This document shows, piece by piece, positions 50,191 through 64,000 of a stretch of 64,000 nt of DNA (positions within the stretch are counted from its first letter, which is position 1; the number at the start of each line of letters is the position of its first letter). This stretch comes from Camelus ferus (Eukaryota), in contig NC_045696.1 of NCBI RefSeq assembly GCF_009834535.1, positions 53,570,001-53,634,000 of the forward strand, read 5' to 3'. Position numbers and translations under genes: made by a program. The notes under the pieces were generated by a model that made no database searches, was not told the origin of the DNA, and saw only the letters and a list, made by a program, of their open reading frames with translations.

Positions 50191-51379
50191 GCTGATAAAG
50201 AATTTCAGTGTATTTCTTCAACCAAATACAGATTTGCTTAAATGCTCAATCTTCTCTTTTTTTTCCACTCCTCCAATTACTGGCCTTAAGCAAGGATCTT
50301 GTATTTGGAAGAACAAACCAGACCTCAAAGAATCCTCACTTTGACAATAGTTTCTCATCTTCTCATCTTTCCTCCCAATTTCCTCCTGTCTAGAGGTAAG
50401 GTAATACTCAAGACTCAAGACAATACTCAAGGAAGGCAAGACTCCAGCCTAAATAGGACTCGCTGTAAACCGCCAAGCCTTCAACTACATTACACTGCTT
50501 CCCAGAACATACACAGAATTCCACTGGACACTTGAGGAAGTCAGATTAAAGACTTAAGTGGCTCACAACTGGGGAATTTAAACAATAATTTGAGATTGGC
50601 TATTGCAGTAAGAAGCATTCTTCATGAATGGACTTAGAAGTGTGTTCCTTAAACTAAAAATAAAGTAGGATGCAATTTAGAGTTGATAGCTTTACTTCAA
50701 GGGACAATGCAGGATCACAGGAAGTCAGCAGTTTGGGCTTTGAGTCTGCCCACGGAGTTGGATTTTGTTGAAGGCGAAATGCTCAGCATGGTAACTAATC
50801 AGCACACTGTCTCCAAACATCCCCCGCCTTTATTTTCAGTTGCTTGTTACTTCAATTCACACCGATTTATCCTCCTTCACAACTCAACCCACAACTTACT
50901 CACTGCCTGACCTGAGGCATGGATAGCAATTTTCAGTGTAATCAGCCAGAGGATGTAATCAGTGCAATTAACAGATGGATTGGGAATACTGCATGAAACC
51001 TAAATTAAAATCCCACTAAAATCACTGTACTATATCTGTAAATACCTACACTAAACAAATATTTCTTGGGATAAGTTTCTGGCATTGGGATAATAATTTT
51101 AATGTAAAACTTTTAATGAGTTTAGTCCCCATCTGCATCCTCCATTCACTGATTTGGTGTACTTTATTGAGCACCTACAGTATGCCTGCTCTTTTGATGA
51201 AACAAAAGTAAAATAGGATATGGTATCTTTCCTCACAGAAGATTGTAGTGTTGAAGAAGTAAGTCTTGAGTAATGCAAACATTCTGAAAATAGTAAGAGA
51301 TAGTGGTAGGCTAAAAATGCAAACAAAAAGAATATTAGATTGGGAAGAAACTTTTGTTTGGCTTTGCCAGTAATCTGTC

Positions 51380-52700
51380 TGGAATTCTGTGGGTTGTCAT
51401 CATCATCACCCTTAACTTTTCCTCTTCATTGAGTTTCATTCACACATTCCCCTGCCCCCTTGCTGAACCCGTCTCTCTCCTTTGCCTTGCTTATGCCGAA
51501 GCAGCTAAATGGAACAAGGAAGGACAGGGGAATTAAAAGACACAAACAGCCTGACTGGTTTCACTTTAATTCATGACCAGAAACTCATCTGGACTTTGAT
51601 CACTGCCAAAGTACTGCTACTTTCTTCAATAAATATGCTTTCCTCTCTTTGAATATACTGTTTCTCATCTCTTAACTTTTCTCAAATCTCTCATTCCATT
51701 TCCCTCTTCACTCGAAGTTGATGACCTGCCTTAAACTTGTTAATAAAATGAACTATTAGAGGGAATTCTTTTCTATTCTCATTAACAAGTTGGAAAAACC
51801 AACTCACATCTTTGGCCCTCCTAATTCAGGGTAAAAAAACATTCCTTCTCCTAGAAAAGGGAACATCTCTCTCTCTGGGTCCTGAGTTCCATCCTAATAT
51901 GATTTCTCAAGGCCTTTTCTTTCTCAGTTGCTTGCTAAATCTTTCCTTAACCACTAGATGATTCCCATATTCAAATATACTCATATTCAAACATTCTTAG
52001 CATTGCTAATCTTTGAAAGAAGGAAGGAAGGAAGGAAGGAAGGAAGGAAGGAAGGAAGGAAGAAGGAAGGAAGGAAGGAAGGAAGGAAGGAAGGAAGGAA
52101 GGAAGGAAGGAAGGAAGGAAGGTGCCCTAACCTACCATCTCCTTGGGCTTCTTCACTGTTTTTCTGTTCTTCTTTATAACCTTACTTTCTCATCTTTTAT
52201 TCACCCTTTTGCTCACTCTAATCTGGTTTCGAACTTTACACTCCAACAGTATGGTTTTCACTAAAAATTTTCATGTTCCATGTTCGAAGAACATATTCTT
52301 ATTCTATCACAGACAGTATTCCACCCAATAGACCACACTTTCCCCCTACTCAAACACTCTCTTCTCTCAACTTCCATGATGCTACTCACCCTCCTGGTTT
52401 CTTCCCAGCCCACTAGTCACTTCCTTTCAGACCCCACTGCTGGCTTCTCCTCCATCAGATTTAAAAATATGAAGTATTTTAGTGTTCCTTCCAAACCCAT
52501 TTTCCTTATCAACACGATCTCCCCTATTGATCTCATCCAGATTCATATCTTTAAATACCATCTCTATGCTAAGTATTCCCAAATTCTATCTCCAGTTCAG
52601 ATTTCTCCTGTGAGCCCTGAACTGTCTATGCATATCTACACTTAGATTTTTACAAGATTTTCTCAGTTTTTAACATGTTTACACTGAAATGATGGATTCC
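51380..52700 (+). mobile_element. L2 LINE internal fragments
   Basis: L2 ORF2 motifs (ctgactggtttcacttta; gaccacactttcccctactcaaacactc; ctttaaataccatctctatgct...cccaaatt). Confidence 0.7.
52017..52122 (+). repeat. (GGAA)n tetranucleotide microsatellite, about 25 units with one interruption
   Basis: Direct. Confidence 0.97.
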
Positions 52701-52739
52701 TTCTTCCATCTCTAGAATAGGAGTGAGCTATAGAGAGAA

Positions 52740-53480
52740 ATGGCTAAGTTAAGGAACCAGAGGGTAAAATGAGATAAAAACAATATAATTGGAGTAAGAG
52801 AAGAAACAAGTTGAAGGATTTTTAATTGTAGTTGTGGTTAGAAAATGGGATCTTCAAGTTTAGTAGGTAAGAAATGAACATATTTAACAGATGACAAAGT
52901 TGAACCCATTATTAATGTGAGTACTGAGAACTGAAGTAAAACTGAGTTGAAAGTTACAGGAGTCAAAGTAGTCAAAGTATTAGGAAATCAGAATGCTGTG
53001 CTGATCAGCCACATGGAACTTGAAGTCACACAGCATGACGACAGGATTTGGGTGGAGCAATGGAGAAGAAACTAGCTGGAAGGATAGAGACCAAAAATGG
53101 TAGAAAATAGACAGCAAGAGATTTTTTTTCTTTTTTTTTTTTTTAAGATATTTTGTTTTGTTTTTGTTTGTTTTTATGAGATCCGAGAATATTGGTTGAG
53201 AATAATGAATGATGATCAGGGATGATATGAATCTACTGGCAAAATGGTCATTCTTCACTTTTTGAGGAGTTTCTTTTGGAAGCAGTGTCTTTGGGAGTGA
53301 ATCAGCCTTCAATTAAGGCAAGTGGTGGAGGGAAGGAGTTGAGGATGTTTGAGGGTTAAATTATCGTTGGTTAGACATTTCAGCACACACAGAGGAAAAA
53401 GTTGAGAGTGAGAGAAAGATAGATTAGGTGACTGGAATTAGATCAACAGAATAGGAATGAAAGTATAGGAGAGAGCAGGT
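52740..53480 (-). mobile_element. L2 internal fragment, antisense
   Basis: Purine-rich; gctgatcagccacatggaacttgaagtcac resembles the reverse L2 endonuclease region (ORF track shows ...MLCDFKFHVAD...). Confidence 0.6.
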
Positions 53481-54644
53481 GATATAAGGACTTGACAGAT
53501 GACATAAGGACCTGACATAAGGACTTTAATCAGTGATTAAGGATGGCAAAGATATGAGAAAAAGTGGTTAAATTCACTTAAATTTTACAAATGGAATGTC
53601 AAGGTTATTGTCTCCTCAGATGTAGGTTCATAACTTTCCAAGGGCTCTGGGACTCAGACCTCAGCAATGAAAACCATGTTGTTAGTTTATTTTTATTGAA
53701 CTTTATAAAAGATTTTAAACAATAAACACAAGGTGTTAATAAAAGTGGTGGATTCCATTCTCAGCTTATTTTTCTTAGTAGACAGGATGTCTCCCACGAT
53801 ACTAGCAGTGGAATAGACTCATGGGAACTACAGATAGAAAAGACACAGGATGTGTTTCACTTGACCCATTACTTGTCATCTGAAGTATCATTCAAACTGG
53901 TTAGCTAAATGCACGTAATTATCCTGAGATATCCTCATTGCTATCCCCAATTAATTCCTTTTAAATAATCAGTGTAAAAACATAATCGAGCATTTATGAG
54001 TGCAGCTGATTTGGAATATGAGATTCATTTTCAACTGAAAAGTCAAAAATTTTTAGAATTTCTTCTAGGATATAATTTCTATGAAGACTAAACTGAGTTA
54101 ATGTGTCTAAACATACCCAGTAAGTTACTTCCCTCTAGAATGGGATGAAAGAGAGAAAGATTCTTCCACAGTGGAGAGTTGGCTTCTGAGATTTACTCCT
54201 GGTTATCACCACTTACAGTTCTCTCACCATCTCACAGCCCTCAACAACCAGACTAAAAGATGTCTAAACTCAGCTCTCTGGCATCTAATTCCACATCTGC
54301 CTGACTTCTCAGCTCTTTCCTTTAGGCCATATGCCCCCTGCTCTCCAGGATCTTAGGACGCTTGAGCTGGCTTTGAAAGGTTAGCTTCCTTTATTGTGCC
54401 TCTAATACCAGAGATTTGTTTTGCCTATTTTTGAACATTGTGTAAATGAAATCATATGGGTTTTATGCACATTATTGAGCATTTAGTTACAATTATGCTG
54501 ACATATAGATTTAGAAATGTAAGAATATTCTAGCCAAATATTCATTAGGGAAAAATGCCCCCAAAATGCCCATTCTGGTTTCTTGCAATGAAAAAAATTT
54601 CAACTAAAAACTGGTATCAGTATGATAGGAGGATAGGCATATTC

Positions 54645-55115
54645 TATTAATTAGGCTACAGGGTAGGCTGCTATAAGCAAAGAAACAGAAAATTACAGTG
54701 ATGTACACAACAGAGAAATTCACCTCCCACATAGAAGTCCAGGTAGGTGGTTAGGGTATGATGTGGCATTTTGACCTGGTATGATGTGGGTCTGATGGTG
54801 TCGTCAGCCTGCCGTCCTCAACATGTGGCTTCCACACGATCAAATATGTTCTTTAGGGTCCATCATTATGAACACATTTCAGCCAGAAGGAAGAAGGAAG
54901 AACATGTATCTTCCTCTTAAGAAAACAGCCCCAAACTTGAAAACAACCATTCCCGCTCACATTCCGTCAACCAGAACTTGATTACTGGGCCATACCTTTC
55001 TGCAAGGGAGCTTGGAAATGTATTCTTTATCTGGGCAGCCACGTGCCCAGTGAAAAGCCCTATTACTGCAAAAGGAGAGGACAGACACTGAAAAACAACT
55101 AGCAGTTAATGCCAC
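54645..55115 (-). mobile_element. MLT1J/K-like MaLR LTR
   Basis: ctcacattccgtcaaccagaac...tgcaagggagcttggaaatgtattctttatctgggcagccacgtgcccag...caactagcagttaatgccaca. Confidence 0.75.
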
Positions 55116-58100
55116 ACATACTCATTTTTTTTTGCTCTAAAAAACAATGGGTGGGCTTGTCCTATATATCTTACCACAACTGTATAATCGCACAACTGAC
55201 ACAGAGGTACAGTTTGTAAAGAAAGTATAATTGATGACTATGTATTTATTTTGTGTTGCTTTGTTTTCTTGTCTATCTCTTTCACTAGACTCTAAGCTCC
55301 AAGACAGTAGGGAGCATATCTATTCTGTTAACCATTTTGTAATCTTTCTTTCACAAATAATTATTTGTCCAGTAACTGAATATATGAAGGACTTCACATT
55401 AAACAGTGTTGACCCTTAGCTTCTTCACCAGGATCTAAAGACTCCCAAAGTTGATGGTTAAAAGGAATCAAAACAGCAAAGTTAGTATCAGAAGAAAGTT
55501 TTACCCTCCAAGAGCAATAGCTAACCAAAAATTCCAGGCCCATGGTGTGCTCAGAGGGAAGCCAGATTCAGTCTGGTCATAAGGAAGCATGTGACAGTCT
55601 GTGCCTCATACGTGAAGCTTGGTTCCTGTGTCCTGTTCCTCCCACCTACTTGTTCCTACCAATTTCAGATTCCTTCTTCAACTGAATGTGCCCATTGCTT
55701 ATGTATCTGCTCCTGAACATGAAAATATCTCTGTCTGAATTTGCAAGCCACAATGTTTTATGATGATGAGTTCTCCTTCAAAGTGAAAAATAATGTGCAC
55801 ATTAGAATTGTGTTTTTTAAAATAGGTGTCTTAAAACAGTCAAGTGTCTAAGCTGAGAGTGCGTCATATAAGTGAGGTCATCTTTTGTAATTATTTTGTC
55901 TTCATTTTCTAAGAAACTTATCAAATATCCACAGCATGGGTATGAGAATGCCGCCTCGTGTGTTCACTTCCATTACTTCCAGTCACAGGATCCTCTGGTT
56001 TAGCTTAGGAATCATTCTTGCATGTCACTGCCGAATGGAAGAGAGAGAGAAAGAGAGAGAGAATGCAAGAACAACTGGATTGCTACATGCCACTGTCCAG
56101 AGTCAGACCAAGGCTGCTTAGTGACAGAGGCACCACGTCTGTTCATCAGCCACTTCAGTGCTATGTGACTTGGAGGTGAAGCAGCAGGACTCTGAGGAGC
56201 TACAATCAGGCCCTGTCTCAGCCACTGTTCTTTTGATCTGGATGATTTCCTATTCTGCTTCAGTATCTATGAATCTGAATGTGTTTCCCAGTCCCTAGCA
56301 TCCGTTTGGTCTCCTCTCGGAGAGCGCAGGTAAGATGGTAGAAGCACTGCGCAGCCACAGCCACAACCACAGCCACTGCTGGCAGCTTGGTTTCTGGACC
56401 CATAATCACACCAATCAGTGCTTCCTACACAAAACCTTTTCAGCAACCCCAAAGCCAAAGGCCCCAGTTGATGCCACCAGATTTCTCTTTCAACTCAAGT
56501 CTTACAATTAGGCAGCTTTGTGTTTTTTCACTTCTGCATTATGATGGTTATTTAGGCTGCACACAATAGTCTCCAAGAATATGCTTCCCCAATCCATGCC
56601 TTCCTCCTACTCAGCAACGTTGCTAAAAAACGCAGATATAGTCAATGAAGGTCACAAGCAATGATGGTCGTTAAGGCAACAGGCAACAGTTTATTTTCCT
56701 CCAGCTCTTCACTGGAAGAAAGGACGCTATAGAAACCTCAACGGACCTGCATGCCCTGCCTTGCCTCCTCATCCTAATACAAAGACTCTAAGCGTTTTAC
56801 TCTTGCAGCTGCATCTTCAGAGAAATTGCATGATCAAACCCACCTGTAACAAGACCCAGACCACCCCCCACCCACTTTATATGGTTAAAGACAGAAGTGG
56901 TCATTTCTTCTGCAACTGTAAAAATAGAAGTTTTATTGTAGTTTCTGACAGCTATACAATAAATGTGTAAGAACGTTTTAGACCTAAGTGAAAGCTGTGA
57001 TCATCTCTTTTTTCCCATACAAAGCAGTTCTCAAAAGCACCAAATACCCAGTAGTCAAAGTGAAAATAAAAACTCAAAATTGAGCGTAAAATTATGCATC
57101 TCTCATTCTCGATGGAAGAATGACACTTAAAAGATTTAACACAGGGAGTACCCCAGCATCCACATTTCTGCTCTGTAGGGGTGGGCCAGAGGGGACAAGA
57201 GAAGGATTTGTGTTTATTTTGTACTTCAATTAAGAAATGAAGGGGTTTTTTGGTAGCAAGGTAGAAACACAGATAAGAAGGCAAGACAGCAATTGCTAGG
57301 GATCTTTAGGGAGAAGCGAGCAAAACCAAGGTAATCTTAGGATGTTAAGTAATGCAGACAATCAACAATTTGCAGAATATTGGAGAGTACAAGCATCCAT
57401 AAGAATCAATAAAAAAAATTCCACTCAAAGTGAACTTTTAGCACTTGAAGACCCACTTCTGACTATGCTGACATGCACTATTATGGAATCAGAAATTAAA
57501 TAAACTGCCTTTAAAAAATTGTCTAATAGAGTTGATCCTCTCAAGAGTAGTGAGTAGGTAGAGGTAATTTAAAGTACCTCCAAGAATATGGAAATCGGTT
57601 TACCCACTGAGAGTGAAATTAGCAAGAAGCCACACAGACTAGAAGAGATTAGCCGTCTGTACAAGTGCCAAAGAGTTATGAAATGTGAAGCTAAGCAGAT
57701 TTGGAAATACTCAAGTTTAAGTAAGATGACTTGGGCAAAAGCTTACAAAGAAAGGCAGGACTGGAAAAATCAAAGGTGAAACCCAATCACATTATTTTAA
57801 CCAATCTGAAGAAAAAGAGAATGGTTTACATAGGTTCATAAAGGAAGCCAAGTGACAAGGAAATGATGTCAGTGTATCTTCAGCATAATCCAGGCCAGAG
57901 GGTTCCTGGATGAGCAGACACAGATCTCTGGTCGGCATATTTATGTCTACTGACGGAATGGAGTGCAGATCATACCACTGTCCCTTGACGTGCTTCGCCA
58001 CCAGGGAAGTCTACCTCAATTGCATTGCTCTTGCACTGTGCTCACCAAGAAACTTTCTGATTAAAGTACCTGGCTCCCCATGTAGATTATGTCAAGCTGA

Positions 58101-58685
58101 CATAAATTTGGGGGCAGCCTGAGACTTCCATCAACTTCTCCATGAGTTAGTTTCCACCTCTATAAAGTGGAGTTAATAACAACGTGTATGGATGAGAATT
58201 AAATTAATTGTTACACATATTTAGAGTAGTGCTAGAAATACATTTGAATTCCAATTAAATGTTAAAATCTTATCATTGTTGTTGCCAATTACTAGGCTGA
58301 CAAGAAGCTGAGTTAGGTGGGAGTTAAGTTAGTCCCCAAGACTTGATCATCTTTGAGTACAGCAGCACAGACGTATAATGTTGGCGACCTGAGGTAGTGA
58401 CCTTTGCAAGTTACTTCCACTTGGCAAAGACTGAGCCAAGCTATATCTCCTTCCTATGTCTGCTTCTTTTCAGCAACCCTCCAAAGGAGTTTGTAGCTTG
58501 CAAGATGCAATTTTGTTTTTAAAAAGCCAGGGGGAGGGGGTACAGCCCCCTTCTACAGCCAGATTTGAGACTCAAAATTTCACTCTCAGTGGGCAAACCG
58601 ATTTCCATGTTTTTGAAGGCACTTGGTGTCCTGAATAACTTTGCGTTTCAAATGAGATGAAAATGAGTTGGGGGAACCACAAATT

Positions 58686-58885
58686 AGGAGTCAGAAAATT
58701 TTTACTGCCCAGGGACAGATATTTTCAGCTTTGCAGGAGATACAATCTTGATCACAACGATTCAACACTGAAGTTGTATCATGAAAAGCAGTCACATATA
58801 ACATATAATGTTTCAATAAAATTTTATTTATAAAAGCAGGTTATATGCTACATATGGTCCATGGGCTATTGTTACTGATCCCTAC
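58686..58885. mobile_element. MER58A (hAT-Charlie MITE)
   Basis: gatattttcagctttgcagg...aaagcagtcac...tgtttcaataaaattttatttataaaagcagg...atgggctattgttactgatccct. Confidence 0.75.
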
Positions 58886-58989
58886 TATTGATTATAAGAG
58901 ACTGGAGCTATATTATTAACCAATCACAGTGGAAATGAAAATGACTTAGAACTTGATTCAGACAACCTGTGGTATTTAGCTATGGAGCT

Positions 58990-59320
58990 ATTTAGCTACC
59001 TACCATGTTTATAAATTAGGGAAATGTGAATACTGACTGAATATTTGATATTCAGGAATTATTGTTAGCTTACAGAGTGATTTGGTATCATAGTTGTATT
59101 TTAAAACATACCTATCTTTTAGAAAAATGTACTAAAATATTTTCAGATGAAATGATGTGAAAACTGACTTCAAAATTATTGGAAGAGAGATGGGGTGGGG
59201 ATAGAGATGAAGTAAAATTACTCAGGAATTGATAGTTGTTGAACCTGCTGAATACATAGTATTCTATCTACTTTTTAAAGTCTTATTTTTTTCAAATAAA
59301 ATGTTTATTTAAGGTATAAA
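58990..59320 (+). mobile_element. L1MC/L1ME-like 3'UTR fragment
   Basis: gggaaatgtgaatactgactgaatatttgatattcaggaattattg...ttgatagttgttgaacctg...tattctatctactttt. Confidence 0.65.
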
Positions 59321-61559
59321 AATAATGCAGAATCTGACACATATACAAACACATACATACACACATACACAGGTGCAAACCCACACAATGAGATGCAGAT
59401 TGACATCTCAAAGAAAGGAGGCAAAAACAAAGTTAAAGATCGAGCTAAATGGATGGAATAGATGACAGACTGTGTTGTGCTGACTTAAAATTAGTGTCTT
59501 AAATTATGCAAAATGACAGTTTAATGAGAGGTGCAATGGAATGCAATTCTGCTGAAAAAAGAAGATGCTTGTCATAGGCCCACTAGATAGGGTACCACTT
59601 TCCAATTTAGGGGAAAAGAATCAACAGAAGATAGGAAAAGCAGCATAATTTCCCCTTGGAGGCTGCCAGTGTCAGAACCCAGCCCACATAAGGCAAACCA
59701 ACAACGGAAGTTGGGTGTGGGATGTGCGATTCGTTTCTAATTATATCTCACAAAGCAGAACTCCAGGCCTTTCTACATGCTGGTCTCTCACCCTGGAATG
59801 TTTTCCTCTACCTGCCAAACTCCCCCCATCAATTTAAGCCTTGTTCAAATGTCACCTCGAGGCAGAATTTTACTCCCTAATGCTCTGACTGATTTTATCA
59901 GTCATATCTGGTTGTATCATAATTTATCTGTTCATTGATTGGTCTGTTACCTCACCCCAGCTTAATCAGAACCCTTGGAAACAGAGAAAGCTTCTTCTTG
60001 GCATCCTGAGCAGACTATATGGGGCCCAATTCATTACAAATCATCAAAAAAGTGTCTTGAATGACTCCATGTTTATTAACAAAAGAGAAAGAGTGCTAGG
60101 CACTGTCGATCCTGTCCAAACCCACGAGGTCATGCCTGGTCATGTTAGACTCTTCCCTTTCTCCCTGGAAGCTCATGCCTACCTAGGCCAGGTCATAGGT
60201 ACCTCTATTGTCAATTCTTTTCCAGCCATCTCGTTCTTTCCCTCTGCAGTAACCCACTGGCACTGTGTGTGTGGTCTAATGTAGCACTTTTGCAACACTG
60301 CTAGTGGAGAGTATTGCTCTTGCTTCACTGAATTCTGATCTTTGGAGGGTAGGGGCTATGCTTGGCACAGCATCTTATGTGGTATCAGTTCTCACTAAAT
60401 TTGTTTCTGTGAATGAATGAATGAATGAGATTGCTCTGTCTGCACAACTCAAACTTCATACTGGTGGCAAGAGTTTCCTAGCAAACCTTTTAATCAATTT
60501 ATCAAGCCTATTTTGTAGGATCTGCCTGACCTGAAAAAAATTCCCTTAAGAGCCTTCTCTTCACTTTTAAGACACTTTCAATCTACCTGCCTGTTGGCAG
60601 TTAATTTCTTCCTCTCTTGCTCTCTCAATAATAATAAAATAATTCCAAGATCTCTTTCCAAATTGTCCATGCTTCCTAACTTTCTGCTTTTCTATTCACT
60701 ACTACTAATCAAATTCCTTCTCTCTGCTTTTGCCCCCTGAGCATACCTCTTGTCACAGTAGCTAGCCTTGGATAAAGCCAGTCCACCATGACCCAGTAAA
60801 TATTTTATGTTCGTAAGATCAAATGTGATTTATTATTACCCTCACCAAAAAACAGACTTATTAAGAACAAATTCATTTGAAAGAAGAATGCTTTTATTTT
60901 CCCAGTGCTGATGAAGGTGTTGTGTTGTTGTTTGTACTTTTCTTTCTAGCACCTCCATCCCCACGGTTTACCTCCCTTTTCTCCATTAGTTATTTTTATG
61001 ACCCAGGATTTCTGTGACACTTCCATATCAAATTTATTTATTTGAAAGTCTGTGTAAATAGTTTGTTGCTTTTCGGTTTTGGATTTCTGTCTCTTTTAAT
61101 GCTGGGAAAGAAACTGCTAATGTCTGGAGTTCAACTTTCTAATTTTTACAGTCAAAGGACGACGTTTTTTCCCTGTGTTAAAAAAAAAAAAAGCAGGTGG
61201 TGGGGAGGAGAAGACAAAAGGAGGAAGCAGGCAACTGATAAGAGTCCACTGTACAGTCATCCTGCCAGTAAATTACCTGAACGCCCAGGCACTAAATTAC
61301 CAACAAGTTACACTGCCAGTTATTTGTCCCCTGATCCGTTCTGTCATAGCGCACAGCAGTGCGGTTGGGTCCAAACTACTATGGAATAAAATTTATGGGC
61401 TCTAAGACAGTCCTGCACAGTTGCACAAATGAGAGGTGTGCAAAAGCTTTGGTGGGAAGAATGTGACTTCTGAGATTAAATACAGCTGAGATGCATCTAC
61501 CATTTAAATTAATAATACAAGTTCAGGCAGGGCTCATTTTAGACTTTAAGAGAAGCTTT

Positions 61560-61820
61560 GAAAGCATGGTGTTTAGAAGCCCGGCCCCAGAAGCCAGGCT
61601 GCCTGGGTTGAAAAGCCAGCTCTGCCACTTAGCTGACATGAACCGGGTACGTAAAAGATCTATGTTCCATTTCCTCATCTATGAAATGGGGTAATGAACT
61701 TACTATCATGAAGATCAACTTCACAATGTAAGTATTTTTATAATTAATATAAGTAAATATGAGTAATATAAGTAAAACACTTAGGGGTAGTGCCTGCCAC
61801 AGCAAATATTAACTATTATT
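61560..61820 (+). mobile_element. MIR SINE
   Basis: agccaggctgcctgggttgaaaagccagctctgccactta...tttcctcatctatgaaatggggtaat. Confidence 0.8.
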
Positions 61821-63394
61821 CCCAGATAATATAAACATCAACAGAGTAGTATATTTGGATCATGTACAAACCGAGGGGATCAGGTAGCTTATTGCCTAAG
61901 GATGCTTCCATATGAGTTGCTGAGAGGTGTCTGCTGCAATCAGTAATAATTGTTACTTGCAGGTCTTGTGATCAAATTTTTCCTTCCAAGGCAAGACGCT
62001 GTATAATTTACTATAATTCAGTTGCATGATGTTCTCTCCCTAGCCAGCTATTGTTCTCAAATTATTCTTATATTGGTTTAGAATAATCCGATTTGACTCT
62101 CACCTACTGTTGCCAGGAAGATTAAACTAAAGTCTTTGGCAGCCCCAAATGCAAGTGCTCAGAGCAACAGTCCTGGACTAATCCCCATGACCCACGGCCT
62201 TCAGGCAGATCTGTACCCTGCGCGAGACGCACCGTGGTAGGCACTTGGCCCGATTCCTTGGTTGCTCCGTGGCTATGCTGTTAAAGGTCTCGCTCAGGAG
62301 AACAAATGCTCAATGTGCCACTAAAGCTTTGCTCCAAAACAAATCCTTGGCAAGATGAGTTTATTTCTGGTTTAACCCCCTGAGGTGTGTATATGTCAAA
62401 GTTCTGAAAACTGTAGGTATTAAAAATAAAGCTTTTTAACCACTGAAACTTAGACAGTATATTCCCAAATGTCTCCAAAGCAAACATAATGCCATGGTAG
62501 TTCAAGAAAAATGTGGGAGCGTATAAGTCTTTGCAAAATGTGGGGAAAATAAAATGCAAGCAACTTTGCAGTTTGATACTTTAGGGCATGCATTTGAAAA
62601 ACAGGCACACCTGTGAACTCTGAAGCATTCTATATCGCACGGAATGTTTGATTAATCACCGAAGTGATTACGTTAAGTGGCATCCACAGTCATTTAGGCA
62701 GATATATAAATGGTTTGTAATTACAGGATATTGGGCTCTATAATTCATTGCTTAGCAAAGAGCTATTTGTTGTGTAATTGCTGTATCTTTGTGAGATATC
62801 TGCTGTACATTTAAGGCGTAGTTTCTCCTGAGCTTGCAGGCTATCGACCATCTTCGGTTCCCGCAGTGCCTAAACATAAGAGGTCTTTAATAAAGGGTAA
62901 CGCCACAGTTAGCTGGGCAGATAAAGCACCCTAGACTACTTGAGAAGGCTGCGAACATGGAGAGATTTATGATAACAATATTCAAAAAGCAAATACCATT
63001 AACGCTTGGTTTTCCCACACTGTTGAGGGGTAGCATTAGTGTGGCTAATGGCGCTGCTCCAGCACTACATGCAGTTTAACTCAAGTCATGGTCCACAATG
63101 GACTCACTGTGTGGACTCCAGGAGGGTCCATCTAACATGGCTTGGGAGCAGGAAACTATGCCTGATGTACACTGGAAAAGACATGTGTGCCCCCCACCTA
63201 GATAATAGTACAGAGCTGAGCTGAAGTGAAAAGCTGACAGGGAAGAATGAAATGTTTTTTTTTAATCTAACTTTTTCCTATACCCTATAATATAATGATA
63301 ATTTATTCATGCCTGTGAAACTGGCTGCTATGTAATTGCGTCCAATTGTCCACTTCTACCAAGTAGAGAGCAAAAGTATAAGTGCTATGTGATG

Positions 63395-63422
63395 GAGAGA
63401 GAGAGAGGAGGGGGGAGAGGAA

Positions 63423-63474
<52 letters not shown>

Positions 63475-63490
63475 CAGACAGAGAGAGAAA
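63395..63490. repeat. (GA)n / (GACA) purine microsatellite
   Basis: Direct. Confidence 0.95.
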
Positions 63491-64000
63491 TAGGAGACAA
63501 ATAGCAAAAGGAGATTTAAACAGGAGAACAGCTTCTGGTTTGTTTTTTTTTTAATAATGAATAACAATGACCGAGATCCACACACAGATACCTCCATTAA
63601 CAGGAAGTAATGAACAGCTAAGTAGGAGATTTATATCTGATGGTAAATAGAAAATTTGAGATTTCTGGATTTCTATAATAATGGCAATCCTGTAGACAGA
63701 GAAAGTGCATTTCTGGGTAGAAGAAGGCTGAGCTTTAGGGAGCACAAGTGTCCCCAGGGGGCATCTTGGGGACATTTGGTTTTGTCTCTGGGAGTAATAA
63801 AGACAAAGGACAGCTAATCTTTCCTGTATGTGAGAATGTATGAGATTCATGATTGTGCTCATACTCAAAGGTTGTACATTGGTTACAGCAAATATTTTGA
63901 GGAAATTATGACCTCCAAATTAAATAGTAATAAATATCTAGGTATTAGTAAGAAAGGAATGAGTAACATTTAATGAATTCTTTCAAGCAAGAAAGATAAA

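Noticed and set aside
51958..52264. RKEG-repeat ORFs (also low-complexity ORFs at 1241, 17125, 48344 and 63303)
   Set aside because: Translations of microsatellites
1..64000. CRISPR array, prokaryotic operon or defence system, or intact retroelement ORFs
   Set aside because: Mammalian non-coding DNA; no regularly spaced repeats, no long ORFs, and no PBS/gag/pol next to any LTR

Overview
Mammalian nuclear DNA, roughly 40% GC by eye and CpG-depleted, with no CpG island. It is very probably camelid (alpaca, vicuna or camel), based on two tRNA-Ala-derived vic-1-type SINEs and two young artiodactyl/camelid-type L1 3' ends. No recognisable protein-coding exon, intact RNA gene or processed pseudogene was found. 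The short ORFs in the track are chance ORFs or arise from microsatellites and L1/LTR relics. The window reads as a large intron or gene desert rich in old repeats (L2, MIR, CR1/L3, MER5, MER33, MER58A, MLT1, MER21). It also holds several datable insertions with clear target-site duplications (TSDs): an ERV1-type solo LTR, a twin-primed inverted L1 inside MER5A, a truncated L1 and a minimal SINE. Repeat-free, CpG-retaining blocks may be enhancers or alternative promoters. A few minus-strand ATG-plus-donor exon candidates at 34.9-44.2 kb could be alternative first exons of an unidentified host gene, but this is speculative. I found no convincing evidence of a novel biological system. Repeat family names come from remembered consensus sequences, not from a database search.
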